Below are positions 1-7,031 of a stretch of 12,722 nucleotides of DNA, piece by piece. The stretch lies in the NCBI GenBank assembly GCA_964507075.1, contig CAZDOL010000003.1, positions 17,424 to 30,145 on the forward strand, in the 5' to 3' direction. The stretch comes from an uncultured Gammaproteobacteria bacterium (GTDB lineage Bacteria > Patescibacteriota > Patescibacteriia > UBA2591 > UBA6264). The stretch's first letter is position 1. Each line of letters opens with the position of its first letter. The translations under genes and the position numbers were made by a program. The notes under the pieces were generated by a model. The model did no database searches and was not told the origin of the DNA. It worked only from the letters and a program-made list of their open reading frames with translations.

Positions 1-27
1 GAGCACAGCGAGCAGGTTCTTATAATT
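1..27 (+). promoter_or_regulatory. Promoter-like module GAGCAGGTTCTTATAATT upstream of the Clp/Hsp100 gene; truncated copy of the repeat family at 2869-3013
   Basis: Perfect TATAAT at 21-26, ending 17 nt before the ATG at 43. The preceding GAGCACAGCGAGCAGGTTC matches the GAGC..AGCGA..GTTC units upstream of rplU. No TTGACA-like -35 seen. The window edge cuts the element. Confidence 0.4.
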
Positions 28-42
28 AAAAATTAAAAAATT

Positions 43-2775
43 ATGCAATTTGTTATTTGCCCAGAGTGTCAGGGTCACGGATTTCAAGGTTCTAAAAAAT
101 GTCCAGTTTGTTCTGGCAAGGGCGTTTATCTTTCGTTTGGAGGATTTGTTTTATTTTTTGAAAAAATTTTTAATCCTCAGGAAAAAATTAATGCTATTGG
201 AAAATCTTTCTTAAGAATTATGTTTAAAATAGCTTCTTTTTTATTTATTTTATGGGGAGTCGTTTGTTTACTAAAAATAGTTACTGACTTATTTAAGCTA
301 CCTTACTACCCCCTCTTTCTGACCCCACTTTTGCCCCTAGATAATCTATGGTTAATTTTTTGGTTAGCAGTATTAGTGGGTTGTTATTTAATTTATTTTC
401 AAGAAAGAAAAAAAGAAAAAAAAATAAAAATTTGGCCAAAATCTAAAATTACACAAACAAAGGAATTATTAAATTTTACGGATATAAAAAATTTGCCCGC
501 TAAATATAAAATTGAAGTTTTTTCTTCTTTATCCAGGTCCAGCTTAGTTCTAATTAGGCGAGCATGGAGCTTGGCTCGCAAGTATAAAAATTCTCAGATA
601 ATGCCAATTCATATCTTGGGAGCGGCACTAAGAGATTTAGACATTAAATTAGTTTTAGCGCGATTGGGATTGAATTATAATGTTCTACAGAAAAAAATAG
701 AACGCTCATTAAGTGTTTCAGATGAATCTCAAATCAAAAAAATGTCACAGATTACTTGTGGTTTAGATAGTAAAAAAATAATATTATTTGCTTATACTTT
801 GGCCGGAGAAAAAGATCGACTTAATTTATCCCCTCTAGAAATATTGGAATCTTTAATTGTTAATGATGATTTAGTTAGAGAAGTTTTTTATGATTTAGAA
901 ATTGATGCTCATCAAATAAAAAATGTTTGTCTTTGGATAGATCTTTATAATGAATTTAGGGCCCAACAACATTATTTTTTCCAACGTTCTCGTTTCAAGC
1001 CCAAGGGGGCCATTAATAAAGCTTATACAGCTATAGCTACCCCCAATCTTGATGCCTGTAGTCAAGACTTAACTCAATTAGCGCGTAATAATTATTTACA
1101 ATTTTGCGTAAATCGCGAGAAAGAAAAAGAAGACATTTTTAGAATTTTTAGCACAGAACGTCAAAGTATTATTTTAGTGGGTCAACCAGGTGTAGGAAAA
1201 TCAACTTTAGTGGGTGGCATTGCTCGTCTGATGGTTACAGAGGATGTACCTGAAATTTTAGAAGACAAAAGATTGGTTAGTTTAAGTTTGGCTAATTTAA
1301 TTGCTGGAGCATCAAGGCCAGGAGACATAGAAGCTCGGTTGCAGTCCATAATTAATGAAGTTTCTATTTCTGGCAATATCGTTCTTTTTATCAAAGATAT
1401 TCATAATATGATAGGGATGAAAACTACCCAGGGAGAATTGGATATTTCTGAAATTTTAGCTAATATCCTGAAATCAAAATCTTTTTTGCTTATTGCTACT
1501 TCTATCCCCAAAGAATATCATCGTTTAATTGAGGGTCAAGCTTTAGGGGAATCATTACAGAAGATAGACATGGAAGAGCCAGACAAAAATATTAATATCC
1601 AAATTTTGGAAGCTCATGCAGCTTTTGTGGAAAGCAAAGAACAGGTTTATTTTTCTTATCGAGCCATAGAACGAATTGTTGATTTGTCCAAGCGTTATAT
1701 TCATGACCGTTTTTTTCCAGAAAAAGCTGTTAATCTTTTAAAAGAAGTGGCAATTATGGTTAAAAGGGCGCGAAGTAAAAAAAGTATTGTTGGACCAGAA
1801 GATGTAGCTGATTTAATCTCTCAAAAAGTTAAAATTCCAATATCTAGGGTTACGCAAGAGGAGTCAAAAGTTCTCCTTGGGCTAGAAGATAGAATTCATC
1901 AGCGTTTAATTAACCAGAACGAAGCAGTGAACGCAGTTTCAGCTGCTTTGCGTCGGGCTCGTACTGAGTTAAGAAATAAAAAAAGGCCGATTGTTAATCT
2001 CCTTTTTCTTGGGCCTACCGGGGTTGGTAAAACTGAGTTAGCAAAAACAGTGGCTGAAGTTTATTTTGGCGATGAAAACAGAATGATTAGAATTGATATG
2101 AGTGAATATCAAGATAGCTCTAGCATAGGTCGTTTATTGGGGATAGCTAGCGAGAATAGGGGTGGTTATTTAACTGAAGCCGTTCGTCGCAATCCTTACT
2201 CTCTTTTATTGCTTGATGAAATAGAGAAAGCCGACCCAGACATCTTAAATCTTTTTTTACAAGTTATGGAAGATGGTCGTCTTACTGATGCCTTAGGGAG
2301 AACCATTGATTTTACAAATGTTATTCTAATTGGAACTTCTAATGCTGGCACAGAATTTATTCAAGAAGGTTTAAGAAAGAATATGTCCATAGAAGATATT
2401 AAAGAAATTTTACTGCAAGAGAAACTTAAGCCTCACTTTCGTCCTGAATTTCTTAATCGTTTTGATGGATTAATTGTCTTTAAAACTTTGGGCAAAATTG
2501 AAATTCAAAAAATTGCCAAATTATTATTAAATAAATTAAGCAAACAACTAGAAACCAAGGGAATTTCTTTCCGTGCGACCGAAGAGGCTATTCAGGAATT
2601 AGCTGAAGTTGGATTTGATCCTGCTTTTGGCGCTAGACCATTACGGCGTGCTATTCAAGACAGGGTTAACAATCTTTTGGCTGACTTTTTGTTAACTGGC
2701 AAAGTAAGTCGTAGAGATGTAGTGATTTTAGAAAAAGGAGGTAATCTCCGAATTGAAAAAGCAAATAGAATTTAA
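43..2775 (+). CDS. Atypical two-ring Clp/Hsp100 AAA+ ATPase (ClpA/B/C family) with an N-terminal CxxCxGxG zinc finger and two predicted TM helices
   Basis: 910-aa ORF. NBD1 Walker A is GQPGVGKST (about nt 1179-1206). NBD2 Walker A is GPTGVGKTELAK (2011-), Walker B is LLLLDEIEKA (DE at 2215-2220) and sensor-2 is GARPLRRAIQ. Clp_N-like repeats follow the TM region. The N-terminus reads CPECQGHG...CPVCSGKG. Hydrophobic segments are FKIASFLFILWGVVCLLKIV and LWLIFWLAVLVGCYLIYF. Confidence 0.9.
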   Translation: MQFVICPECQGHGFQGSKKCPVCSGKGVYLSFGGFVLFFEKIFNPQEKINAIGKSFLRIMFKIASFLFILWGVVCLLKIVTDLFKLPYYPLFLTPLLPLDNLWLIFWLAVLVGCYLIYFQERKKEKKIKIWPKSKITQTKELLNFTDIKNLPAKYKIEVFSSLSRSSLVLIRRAWSLARKYKNSQIMPIHILGAALRDLDIKLVLARLGLNYNVLQKKIERSLSVSDESQIKKMSQITCGLDSKKIILFAYTLAGEKDRLNLSPLEILESLIVNDDLVREVFYDLEIDAHQIKNVCLWIDLYNEFRAQQHYFFQRSRFKPKGAINKAYTAIATPNLDACSQDLTQLARNNYLQFCVNREKEKEDIFRIFSTERQSIILVGQPGVGKSTLVGGIARLMVTEDVPEILEDKRLVSLSLANLIAGASRPGDIEARLQSIINEVSISGNIVLFIKDIHNMIGMKTTQGELDISEILANILKSKSFLLIATSIPKEYHRLIEGQALGESLQKIDMEEPDKNINIQILEAHAAFVESKEQVYFSYRAIERIVDLSKRYIHDRFFPEKAVNLLKEVAIMVKRARSKKSIVGPEDVADLISQKVKIPISRVTQEESKVLLGLEDRIHQRLINQNEAVNAVSAALRRARTELRNKKRPIVNLLFLGPTGVGKTELAKTVAEVYFGDENRMIRIDMSEYQDSSSIGRLLGIASENRGGYLTEAVRRNPYSLLLLDEIEKADPDILNLFLQVMEDGRLTDALGRTIDFTNVILIGTSNAGTEFIQEGLRKNMSIEDIKEILLQEKLKPHFRPEFLNRFDGLIVFKTLGKIEIQKIAKLLLNKLSKQLETKGISFRATEEAIQELAEVGFDPAFGARPLRRAIQDRVNNLLADFLLTGKVSRRDVVILEKGGNLRIEKANRI

Positions 2776-2868
2776 CTTGCTTAATTCCTTTATTTATTTA
2801 TAATAATAGGACGCTGATTTTATAATTAAATCACCTTGACGTTAGTTATATATAAAGTAATTTAATTT

Positions 2869-3013
2869 CAAGGTTCTGCGAATGTAGTGAGCAGGTTCTT
2901 ACTATGAGCAAAGCGAATAACAAGGTTCTGCGAATGTAGTGAGCAGGTTCCTACTGTGAGCGTAGCGAACAGCAACGTTCTCGACGAACGAAGTGAGGAG
3001 AGGTTGTTATAAT
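2869..3013 (+). repeat. Tandem direct repeat array: two 52-bp units (2869-2920, 2921-2972) plus a diverged third partial unit (2973-3013) ending in TATAAT
   Basis: Unit 1 is caaggttctgcgaatgtagtgagcaggttcttactatgagcaaagcgaataa. Unit 2 is caaggttctgcgaatgtagtgagcaggttcctactgtgagcgtagcgaacag. The third is caacgttctcgacgaacgaagtgaggagaggttgttataat. The array is visibly GC-richer than the surrounding AT-rich spacer. Confidence 0.85.
3008..3013 (+). promoter_or_regulatory. Candidate -10 box (TATAAT) for rplU
   Basis: Perfect TATAAT ending 19 nt before the rplU ATG. It sits in the same context (AGGTTnTTATAATTA) as the box at 21-26 before the Clp gene. No clear -35. Confidence 0.4.
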
Positions 3014-3031
3014 TATTATTAAGATTAAAAT

Positions 3032-3379
3032 ATGGAGAAAATAGCAGTGATTAAAACAGGAGGAAAACAGTATTTGGTTCAAGAGGGAGACATTCTATCT
3101 ATTGAAAAGATTGAGGGTGAAAAGGGAGACAAAATTTCACTTAAAGATGTTTTGTTATTTGTGGACTCTAAACAAAAAAAGACGGCGATTGGTCAGCCGA
3201 CCCTTAAGGTTAGCGTTGATGCAGAAATTATTTCTCAATTTAAAGGAAAAAAAATTAGTGTTATTAAATATAAACCCAAAACTCGTTATTTTAAAAAACA
3301 AGGACACAGGCAATTGTGTACGGAAATTAAAATTATTAAAATTTTGGAGGAAAAAGCTCTAAAAGCAAAAAAGAAATAA
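3032..3379 (+). CDS. rplU: 50S ribosomal protein L21
   Basis: The N-terminus MEKIAVIKTGGKQYLVQEGD and the central KYKPKTRYFKKQGHRQ are classic L21 signatures. 115 aa with a Lys-rich tail. Confidence 0.95.
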   Translation: MEKIAVIKTGGKQYLVQEGDILSIEKIEGEKGDKISLKDVLLFVDSKQKKTAIGQPTLKVSVDAEIISQFKGKKISVIKYKPKTRYFKKQGHRQLCTEIKIIKILEEKALKAKKK

Positions 3380-3392
3380 TCATTTTTCATTT

Positions 3393-3965
3393 TTACATGG
3401 AAGATAAGAATTTAAGAGCTTTTTTTATTTTTTCTTCTGCCCTCACTATTTCAGAAGATGAAATTTGTTGAATAGCTTTTCGCGCTTGTTGAATTGAATA
3501 TCCCATGCCCAACAAAGCATCAATTGCTAATGCATCATTTGTAATATCATGCCCAAGAGAGGAATTTTTTTCAACAATTCCTTTAAGCTCTAATATAATT
3601 CTTCCAGCCGTTTTTTTGCCGATACCCGAGATTTTAGTAAGGGCCTCAACTTCTTTGTTAAGAATAGCGTTTTGTAATTTTTTTAAACTAACCAAAGAAA
3701 GGATATTTAAAGCTGACTTAGCTCCAATGCCAGAGATAGATGTTAAATGTTTAAAGTATTCCATTTCAGATTGGCTGGCTAATCCGTATAGATTTAAAGA
3801 ATCATCTTTTATCTGAAGTTTGGTAAAAAGTTTTATATTCTGGCCAATTTTAACCTTATCCAATAGAGGTTTGGTAATAAATATTTTATACCCCAGACCA
3901 TTGATTACTATTTGAATGGATTCTTGATTTTTGTCACTAATTGTACCTTCAATAGAAGAGATCAT
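3393..3965 (-). CDS. ruvA: Holliday junction branch-migration complex subunit RuvA
   Basis: MISSIEGTISDK... aligns with the canonical RuvA N-terminus (MIgrl.G). Helix-hairpin-helix motifs are SISGIGAKSALNIL and KISGIGKKTAGRIILELK. The C-terminal domain III reads LLGMGYSIQQARKAI. The ORF track extends to an ATG at 4028 (21 extra residues). I prefer the ATG at 3965 because homology begins there. Confidence 0.88.
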   Translation of the reverse strand: MISSIEGTISDKNQESIQIVINGLGYKIFITKPLLDKVKIGQNIKLFTKLQIKDDSLNLYGLASQSEMEYFKHLTSISGIGAKSALNILSLVSLKKLQNAILNKEVEALTKISGIGKKTAGRIILELKGIVEKNSSLGHDITNDALAIDALLGMGYSIQQARKAIQQISSSEIVRAEEKIKKALKFLSSM

Positions 3966-4063
3966 AATTCTTATTTTAAAGATTTTATTTAATTTGACAA
4001 GATGACGAATATCTGTTATGATATTCATATCTAATAAATGGATGGGGTTTAAGAATTATTTAT

Positions 4064-4330
4064 ATGATATTCTCAATGGAAAAATTCGGGGAAACAGTCC
4101 TCCCTGAAAATAATAAATTAAGTGAGGGGAAACAGTCAATCATGCAAAAATTCCTAGAAATGAAAGGAGAGGGTGTTTGTATTTTAGGAAAAGAATCATA
4201 TTTGAGGGGAAGCAGAATAGAGCTAAACTTATTGAAGACTTTTCATGAAACGGGTCCTGATAAACGAAGGGTAATTGAAATTAGTTCACTTTTGGGCAAG
4301 ATGATAGTTGAGAACCCAGAAAGAGTTTAA
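4064..4330 (+). CDS. Hypothetical small protein (88 aa)
   Basis: Open frame in the only gap between ruvA and the next ORF. No motif I recognise. An alternative start is M5 at 4076. No SD. Confidence 0.45.
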   Translation: MIFSMEKFGETVLPENNKLSEGKQSIMQKFLEMKGEGVCILGKESYLRGSRIELNLLKTFHETGPDKRRVIEISSLLGKMIVENPERV

Positions 4331-4339
4331 AAGAAATTC

Positions 4340-4633
4340 ATGTCAAAAATATTACAACAACTAGGAGAAATTATTGGTTCTTCAACAATCTCTGCCACTG
4401 ACCAAAACGATTTATTGGTTTTTTTGCCAATCTTACCAGAAAAGGCTTTAGAAGAACTTTTGAATATTTTTGCAAAAAATCCAAGGTTTATTAAGGATTT
4501 TAATGAGAATTTTAAGGCCAGAATGAATGCATTAGTTGATGGGCAGAATAAATGGGATGAATTAATTGCCCAAGAAGAAAAGATGTTAGAAGAGGAAGAT
4601 ATAGAAGAGGAAGAAGAATTATATGAAAATTAA
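4340..4633 (+). CDS. Hypothetical small protein (97 aa) with a strongly acidic C-terminal tail
   Basis: ORF starts 9 nt after the previous stop and ends 14 nt before rpsT. The tail is EEKMLEEEDIEEEEELYEN. No recognisable family. Confidence 0.55.
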   Translation: MSKILQQLGEIIGSSTISATDQNDLLVFLPILPEKALEELLNIFAKNPRFIKDFNENFKARMNALVDGQNKWDELIAQEEKMLEEEDIEEEEELYEN

Positions 4634-4647
4634 TAGTTAATTTATAT

Positions 4648-4911
4648 ATGCCAATTAAAAAGTCCGCATTTAAGGCAATTCGCCAATCTAAAAAACGCGA
4701 AATCTACAACAAAGGAATTAAAACCAATATTAGTTGGCTTAAACGTCAGTTTTTAAAAGCAATTGGCAAGAAAGATAAAAAAATTGCTGGTGATTTTTGT
4801 TTGAAACTGCAGAAATCCTTTGACAAAGCGGCCCAGAAAGGAGTTATTAAAAAAAATACTGCTAGTCGCAGTAAATCACGTTTATTTAAAATATTGCATT
4901 CTTTGAAGTAA
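4648..4911 (+). CDS. rpsT: 30S ribosomal protein S20
   Basis: MPIKKSAFKAIRQSKKR... and the basic helical composition with ...KGVIKKNTASRSKSRL are typical of S20. 87 aa. Confidence 0.9.
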   Translation: MPIKKSAFKAIRQSKKREIYNKGIKTNISWLKRQFLKAIGKKDKKIAGDFCLKLQKSFDKAAQKGVIKKNTASRSKSRLFKILHSLK

Positions 4912-4927
4912 TTTTATTATTATATTT

Positions 4928-5911
4928 TTAATCTTTTAAGATTAATAAGTTCAAGAGAATCTCGGCATTAATTTGCCGTGTTTTTTTTAGAATATCTATT
5001 TTCAGTAATTGTTGATAGATTTTTTTTAATTCTTTTAGCTCGTAATTTTGTTGCTGTTGGAGAGCTTTTTGACAGACAAAAGGATGCAAAGATAAATCTT
5101 TAGCTGCTTGTTGAGGTGATATATATCCTGATTTTTTGCCTACATATGATTTCATTCGCATGATAATTTTATATTGATAATTGAGCATAGATATGAGATA
5201 ATCGGTGGTCATTCCAGCTTCTATTTGTTCTAATAGCAATTGACTGGCCCCTTTTTTATTTTTTTGCCCAAAAGCATCAATGAGATTCCAGATATTTTGT
5301 TCAGCCGTGGGTTTAATCATATTTTGAACGTCTTTGAGTTGGATTTGGTTTTTCGCAAGACCAACAATTAACTTATCTAATTCATTCTTGATAGCCCAGA
5401 GATTGTTGTCTAAAGAGTTGACTATATATTCAATGGCCTGACTTTCTATTGTCAAGTTGTTTTGTTTGACGAATTTCTCTATCCAGATTTTGATTTTGCT
5501 TTTAGTTAATGGTTTAAATTCAGGATAAAACTTTTCTTTTTTCAGTATAGCAAGTATTTTTACTTGAGCTTCGCTTAATTCTTTCTCTATTATTTCCCCT
5601 TCTTTAAAGATAAGAATATTTTTTTTATCTTCTCTGATATTTTGGATAATATCTATTATTCCTTTAATAAGCTCATCATTAGAGGATATAGCATTTTTTT
5701 TAAATAGGTTTTCAATAATAACCATTCTTTTTTCTGAAAAAAGTCCACTGCTTAAAATAGCTTGACGGAATTTCTCTATCTTTAGATCATGGGCAGACAG
5801 GGTAGATATGTTTAAATCGCTCTGCGATCTCTCAAAAGTAAATTTCTCTTTTAGTAAGGATAATTGGGCAGAGGAGCGATAGGTGTCAGCTCCGTATAAA
5901 AATATTATCAT
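4928..5911 (-). CDS. holA: DNA polymerase III delta subunit (clamp-loader HolA)
   Basis: 327 aa. MIIFLYGADTYRSSAQL... is a typical HolA N-terminus (hhl.G.d.y). Length fits, and it lies next to rpsT, a pairing conserved in many bacteria. No Walker A, as expected for delta. Confidence 0.7.
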   Translation of the reverse strand: MIIFLYGADTYRSSAQLSLLKEKFTFERSQSDLNISTLSAHDLKIEKFRQAILSSGLFSEKRMVIIENLFKKNAISSNDELIKGIIDIIQNIREDKKNILIFKEGEIIEKELSEAQVKILAILKKEKFYPEFKPLTKSKIKIWIEKFVKQNNLTIESQAIEYIVNSLDNNLWAIKNELDKLIVGLAKNQIQLKDVQNMIKPTAEQNIWNLIDAFGQKNKKGASQLLLEQIEAGMTTDYLISMLNYQYKIIMRMKSYVGKKSGYISPQQAAKDLSLHPFVCQKALQQQQNYELKELKKIYQQLLKIDILKKTRQINAEILLNLLILKD

Positions 5912-5916
5912 ATATT

Positions 5917-6843
5917 TTAAAATAATTTAGTTTGTTTTTTTTCTGCAGTTAAAGTGCTTAATTTTTTGGCCAAACTTTTAAATCCTAGTTTTTCAAAATT
6001 TTTTAAAGCTTTTTCTGTATTTGTTTTTAAAACCCGACAATTTTGTAGTACTGATATATTTATTCCAGGAGCTTTGTCTTGTATGGTTACTAGCATTTTA
6101 TTTAGGATAATTTTTTTCTTGTTTTTTATAAGATTTTGTGTTAAAGATTCTTTTATTAAATTTTCTGGTTGACTATGGGAGGGCTTTTCTAAATATTGGT
6201 AAACATTTTCTATGTTTCCGAATTTTTTAATTAATCCTGATGCTGTCTTGAGTCCTACTTTCATTAAACCAGAAATATTATCTGAGGGGTCGCCAACTAA
6301 GGCCTTAAGGTCAATTATTTGTTCGGGTGAAACACCAAAACGCTCAAAAACCTCCGAGGAATTATAAATTTTATTTTGTTTTAATCCTTGTTGTAGAAAA
6401 TAAACCTCTGTCCGAGCATCTACTAATTGCAATAAATCTAAATCGCCAGTGATGATTCTGGCGCTCAGGTTATTGATTTCTTTTTTTGTATTATTTAGAG
6501 CCCCTATCAAATCGTCAGCTTCTAACCCATCTTGACTAAATGATTTTATGTCAAAACTTTCTAAAACCGATTTTGCCCAAGGAATTTGTTTGTAAAATTC
6601 AAGTGGTTGAGAAACTCTATTGGCTTTATATTCTTTATATTCTTTATGTCGAAAGGTTGGTGCTTTGGTGTCAAACGCAACTGCCAAATAGTCTGGCTTA
6701 TCTTTATATAATATTCTTAAAAGAAGAGAAGTGAAACCATAAACTGCGTTAATTGTTTGTCCTTTGAAATTTTTTAGCTTAGGAAGGGCGTGCCAAGCGC
6801 GATGAAGGACAGCAGAAGCGTCAATGATAATAAATTTTTCCAT
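5917..6843 (-). CDS. Stand-alone 5'-3' exonuclease / flap endonuclease (Pol I N-terminal domain homologue, no polymerase domain)
   Basis: IIDASAVLHRAWHAL, GQTINAVYGF, AVAFDTKAPTFRHKEYKEYKANR, EADDLIGAL, TGDLDLLQLV and LVGDPSDNISG are the conserved 5'-nuclease and H3TH motifs. The ORF ends at 308 aa. Confidence 0.85.
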   Translation of the reverse strand: MEKFIIIDASAVLHRAWHALPKLKNFKGQTINAVYGFTSLLLRILYKDKPDYLAVAFDTKAPTFRHKEYKEYKANRVSQPLEFYKQIPWAKSVLESFDIKSFSQDGLEADDLIGALNNTKKEINNLSARIITGDLDLLQLVDARTEVYFLQQGLKQNKIYNSSEVFERFGVSPEQIIDLKALVGDPSDNISGLMKVGLKTASGLIKKFGNIENVYQYLEKPSHSQPENLIKESLTQNLIKNKKKIILNKMLVTIQDKAPGINISVLQNCRVLKTNTEKALKNFEKLGFKSLAKKLSTLTAEKKQTKLF

Positions 6844-6864
6844 ATGGTTTTAAAAAATTGGAAG

Positions 6865-6937
6865 AGGCCAGGACGGGAGTCGAACCCGTGTATATCGGTT
6901 TTGCAAACCGACGCCTTAGCCACTTGGCTACCTGGCC
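6865..6937 (-). tRNA. tRNA-Cys (anticodon GCA), 73 nt, no encoded CCA
   Basis: Minus-strand read: GGCCAGG-TA-GCCAAGTGGCTAAGGCG-TCGGT-TTGCAAA-ACCGA-TATAC-ACGGG-TTCGACT-CCCGT-CCTGGCC-T. It has a 7-bp acceptor, 5-bp anticodon and T stems, anticodon GCA and discriminator U73 typical of tRNA-Cys. The 3' flank is CTTCC. Confidence 0.9.
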
Positions 6938-6998
6938 CTATTTTAAGCTTGCTTTATTTTTACTTTAGCAAAAAAATGTCTTTTTGTCCATGAGAGTC

Positions 6999-7021
6999 AC
7001 TTGGGAGTCCGACTCCCAAGT
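6999..7021. repeat. Hairpin palindrome copy 1 (ACTTGGGAGT-CCG-ACTCCCAAGT), 10 nt downstream of the HUH gene stop
   Basis: Perfect 10-bp stem with a 3-nt loop. Left flank is gaGTCAC. Confidence 0.9.
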
Positions 7022-7031
7022 AGGAATTACT

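Noticed and set aside
2869-3013. Possible CRISPR array, given its regular direct repeats
   Set aside because: The units are contiguous tandem copies with no unique spacers. There are only about 2.5 copies, the repeat is 52 bp, and no cas genes are nearby. A tandem duplication of a promoter or leader module fits better.
3102-3362. 86-aa ORF overlapping rplU in another frame
   Set aside because: It is entirely nested in the well-supported L21 frame. Its Lys/Arg-rich, low-complexity translation is typical of an off-frame read of AT-rich coding DNA.
3505-3816. Antisense or embedded ORFs from the track: 399-581(-), 1182-1394(-), 3505-3816(+), 5954-6172(+), 6540-6734(+), 6790-6993(+), 11539-11772(+)
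   Set aside because: Each lies opposite a confidently assigned gene with clear family motifs (6790-6993 also runs over the tRNA). Their translations are hydrophobic, low-complexity products of AT-rich antisense sequence with no recognisable motifs.
3966-4028. 21-residue N-terminal extension of RuvA (MNIITDIRHLVKLNKIFKIRI)
   Set aside because: RuvA homology starts exactly at the internal MISSIEG. The extension has no counterpart in RuvA. I kept it as an alternative start only.
6624-6648. 9-bp tandem duplication in the exonuclease gene (ttatattct x2) encoding KEYKEYK
   Set aside because: The resulting TFRHKEYKEYKANR has the same length as the conserved FRHE..(4)..YKA.R block in Pol I 5' nucleases. 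It is therefore not an insertion, just a coincidental codon repeat.
6876-6892. Resemblance between the tRNA-Cys T-arm (GGTTCGACTCCCGT) and one arm of the hairpin palindrome (GTCGGACTCCCAAG)
   Set aside because: The shared string is only about 9-10 nt (TCGACTCCC versus TCGGACTCCC). That is within chance for a short GC-rich motif. There is no evidence that the palindrome is tRNA-derived or that the tRNA end is duplicated as an att site.
6999-7021. Hairpin copies 1 and 5 acting as rho-independent terminators for the HUH gene and queA
   Set aside because: On the minus-strand transcript neither stem is followed immediately by a U-tract. Copy 1 is followed by GACUCUCAUGG and copy 5 by an A-run before any U's. 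They may still pause or stabilise transcripts, but they are not canonical terminators.
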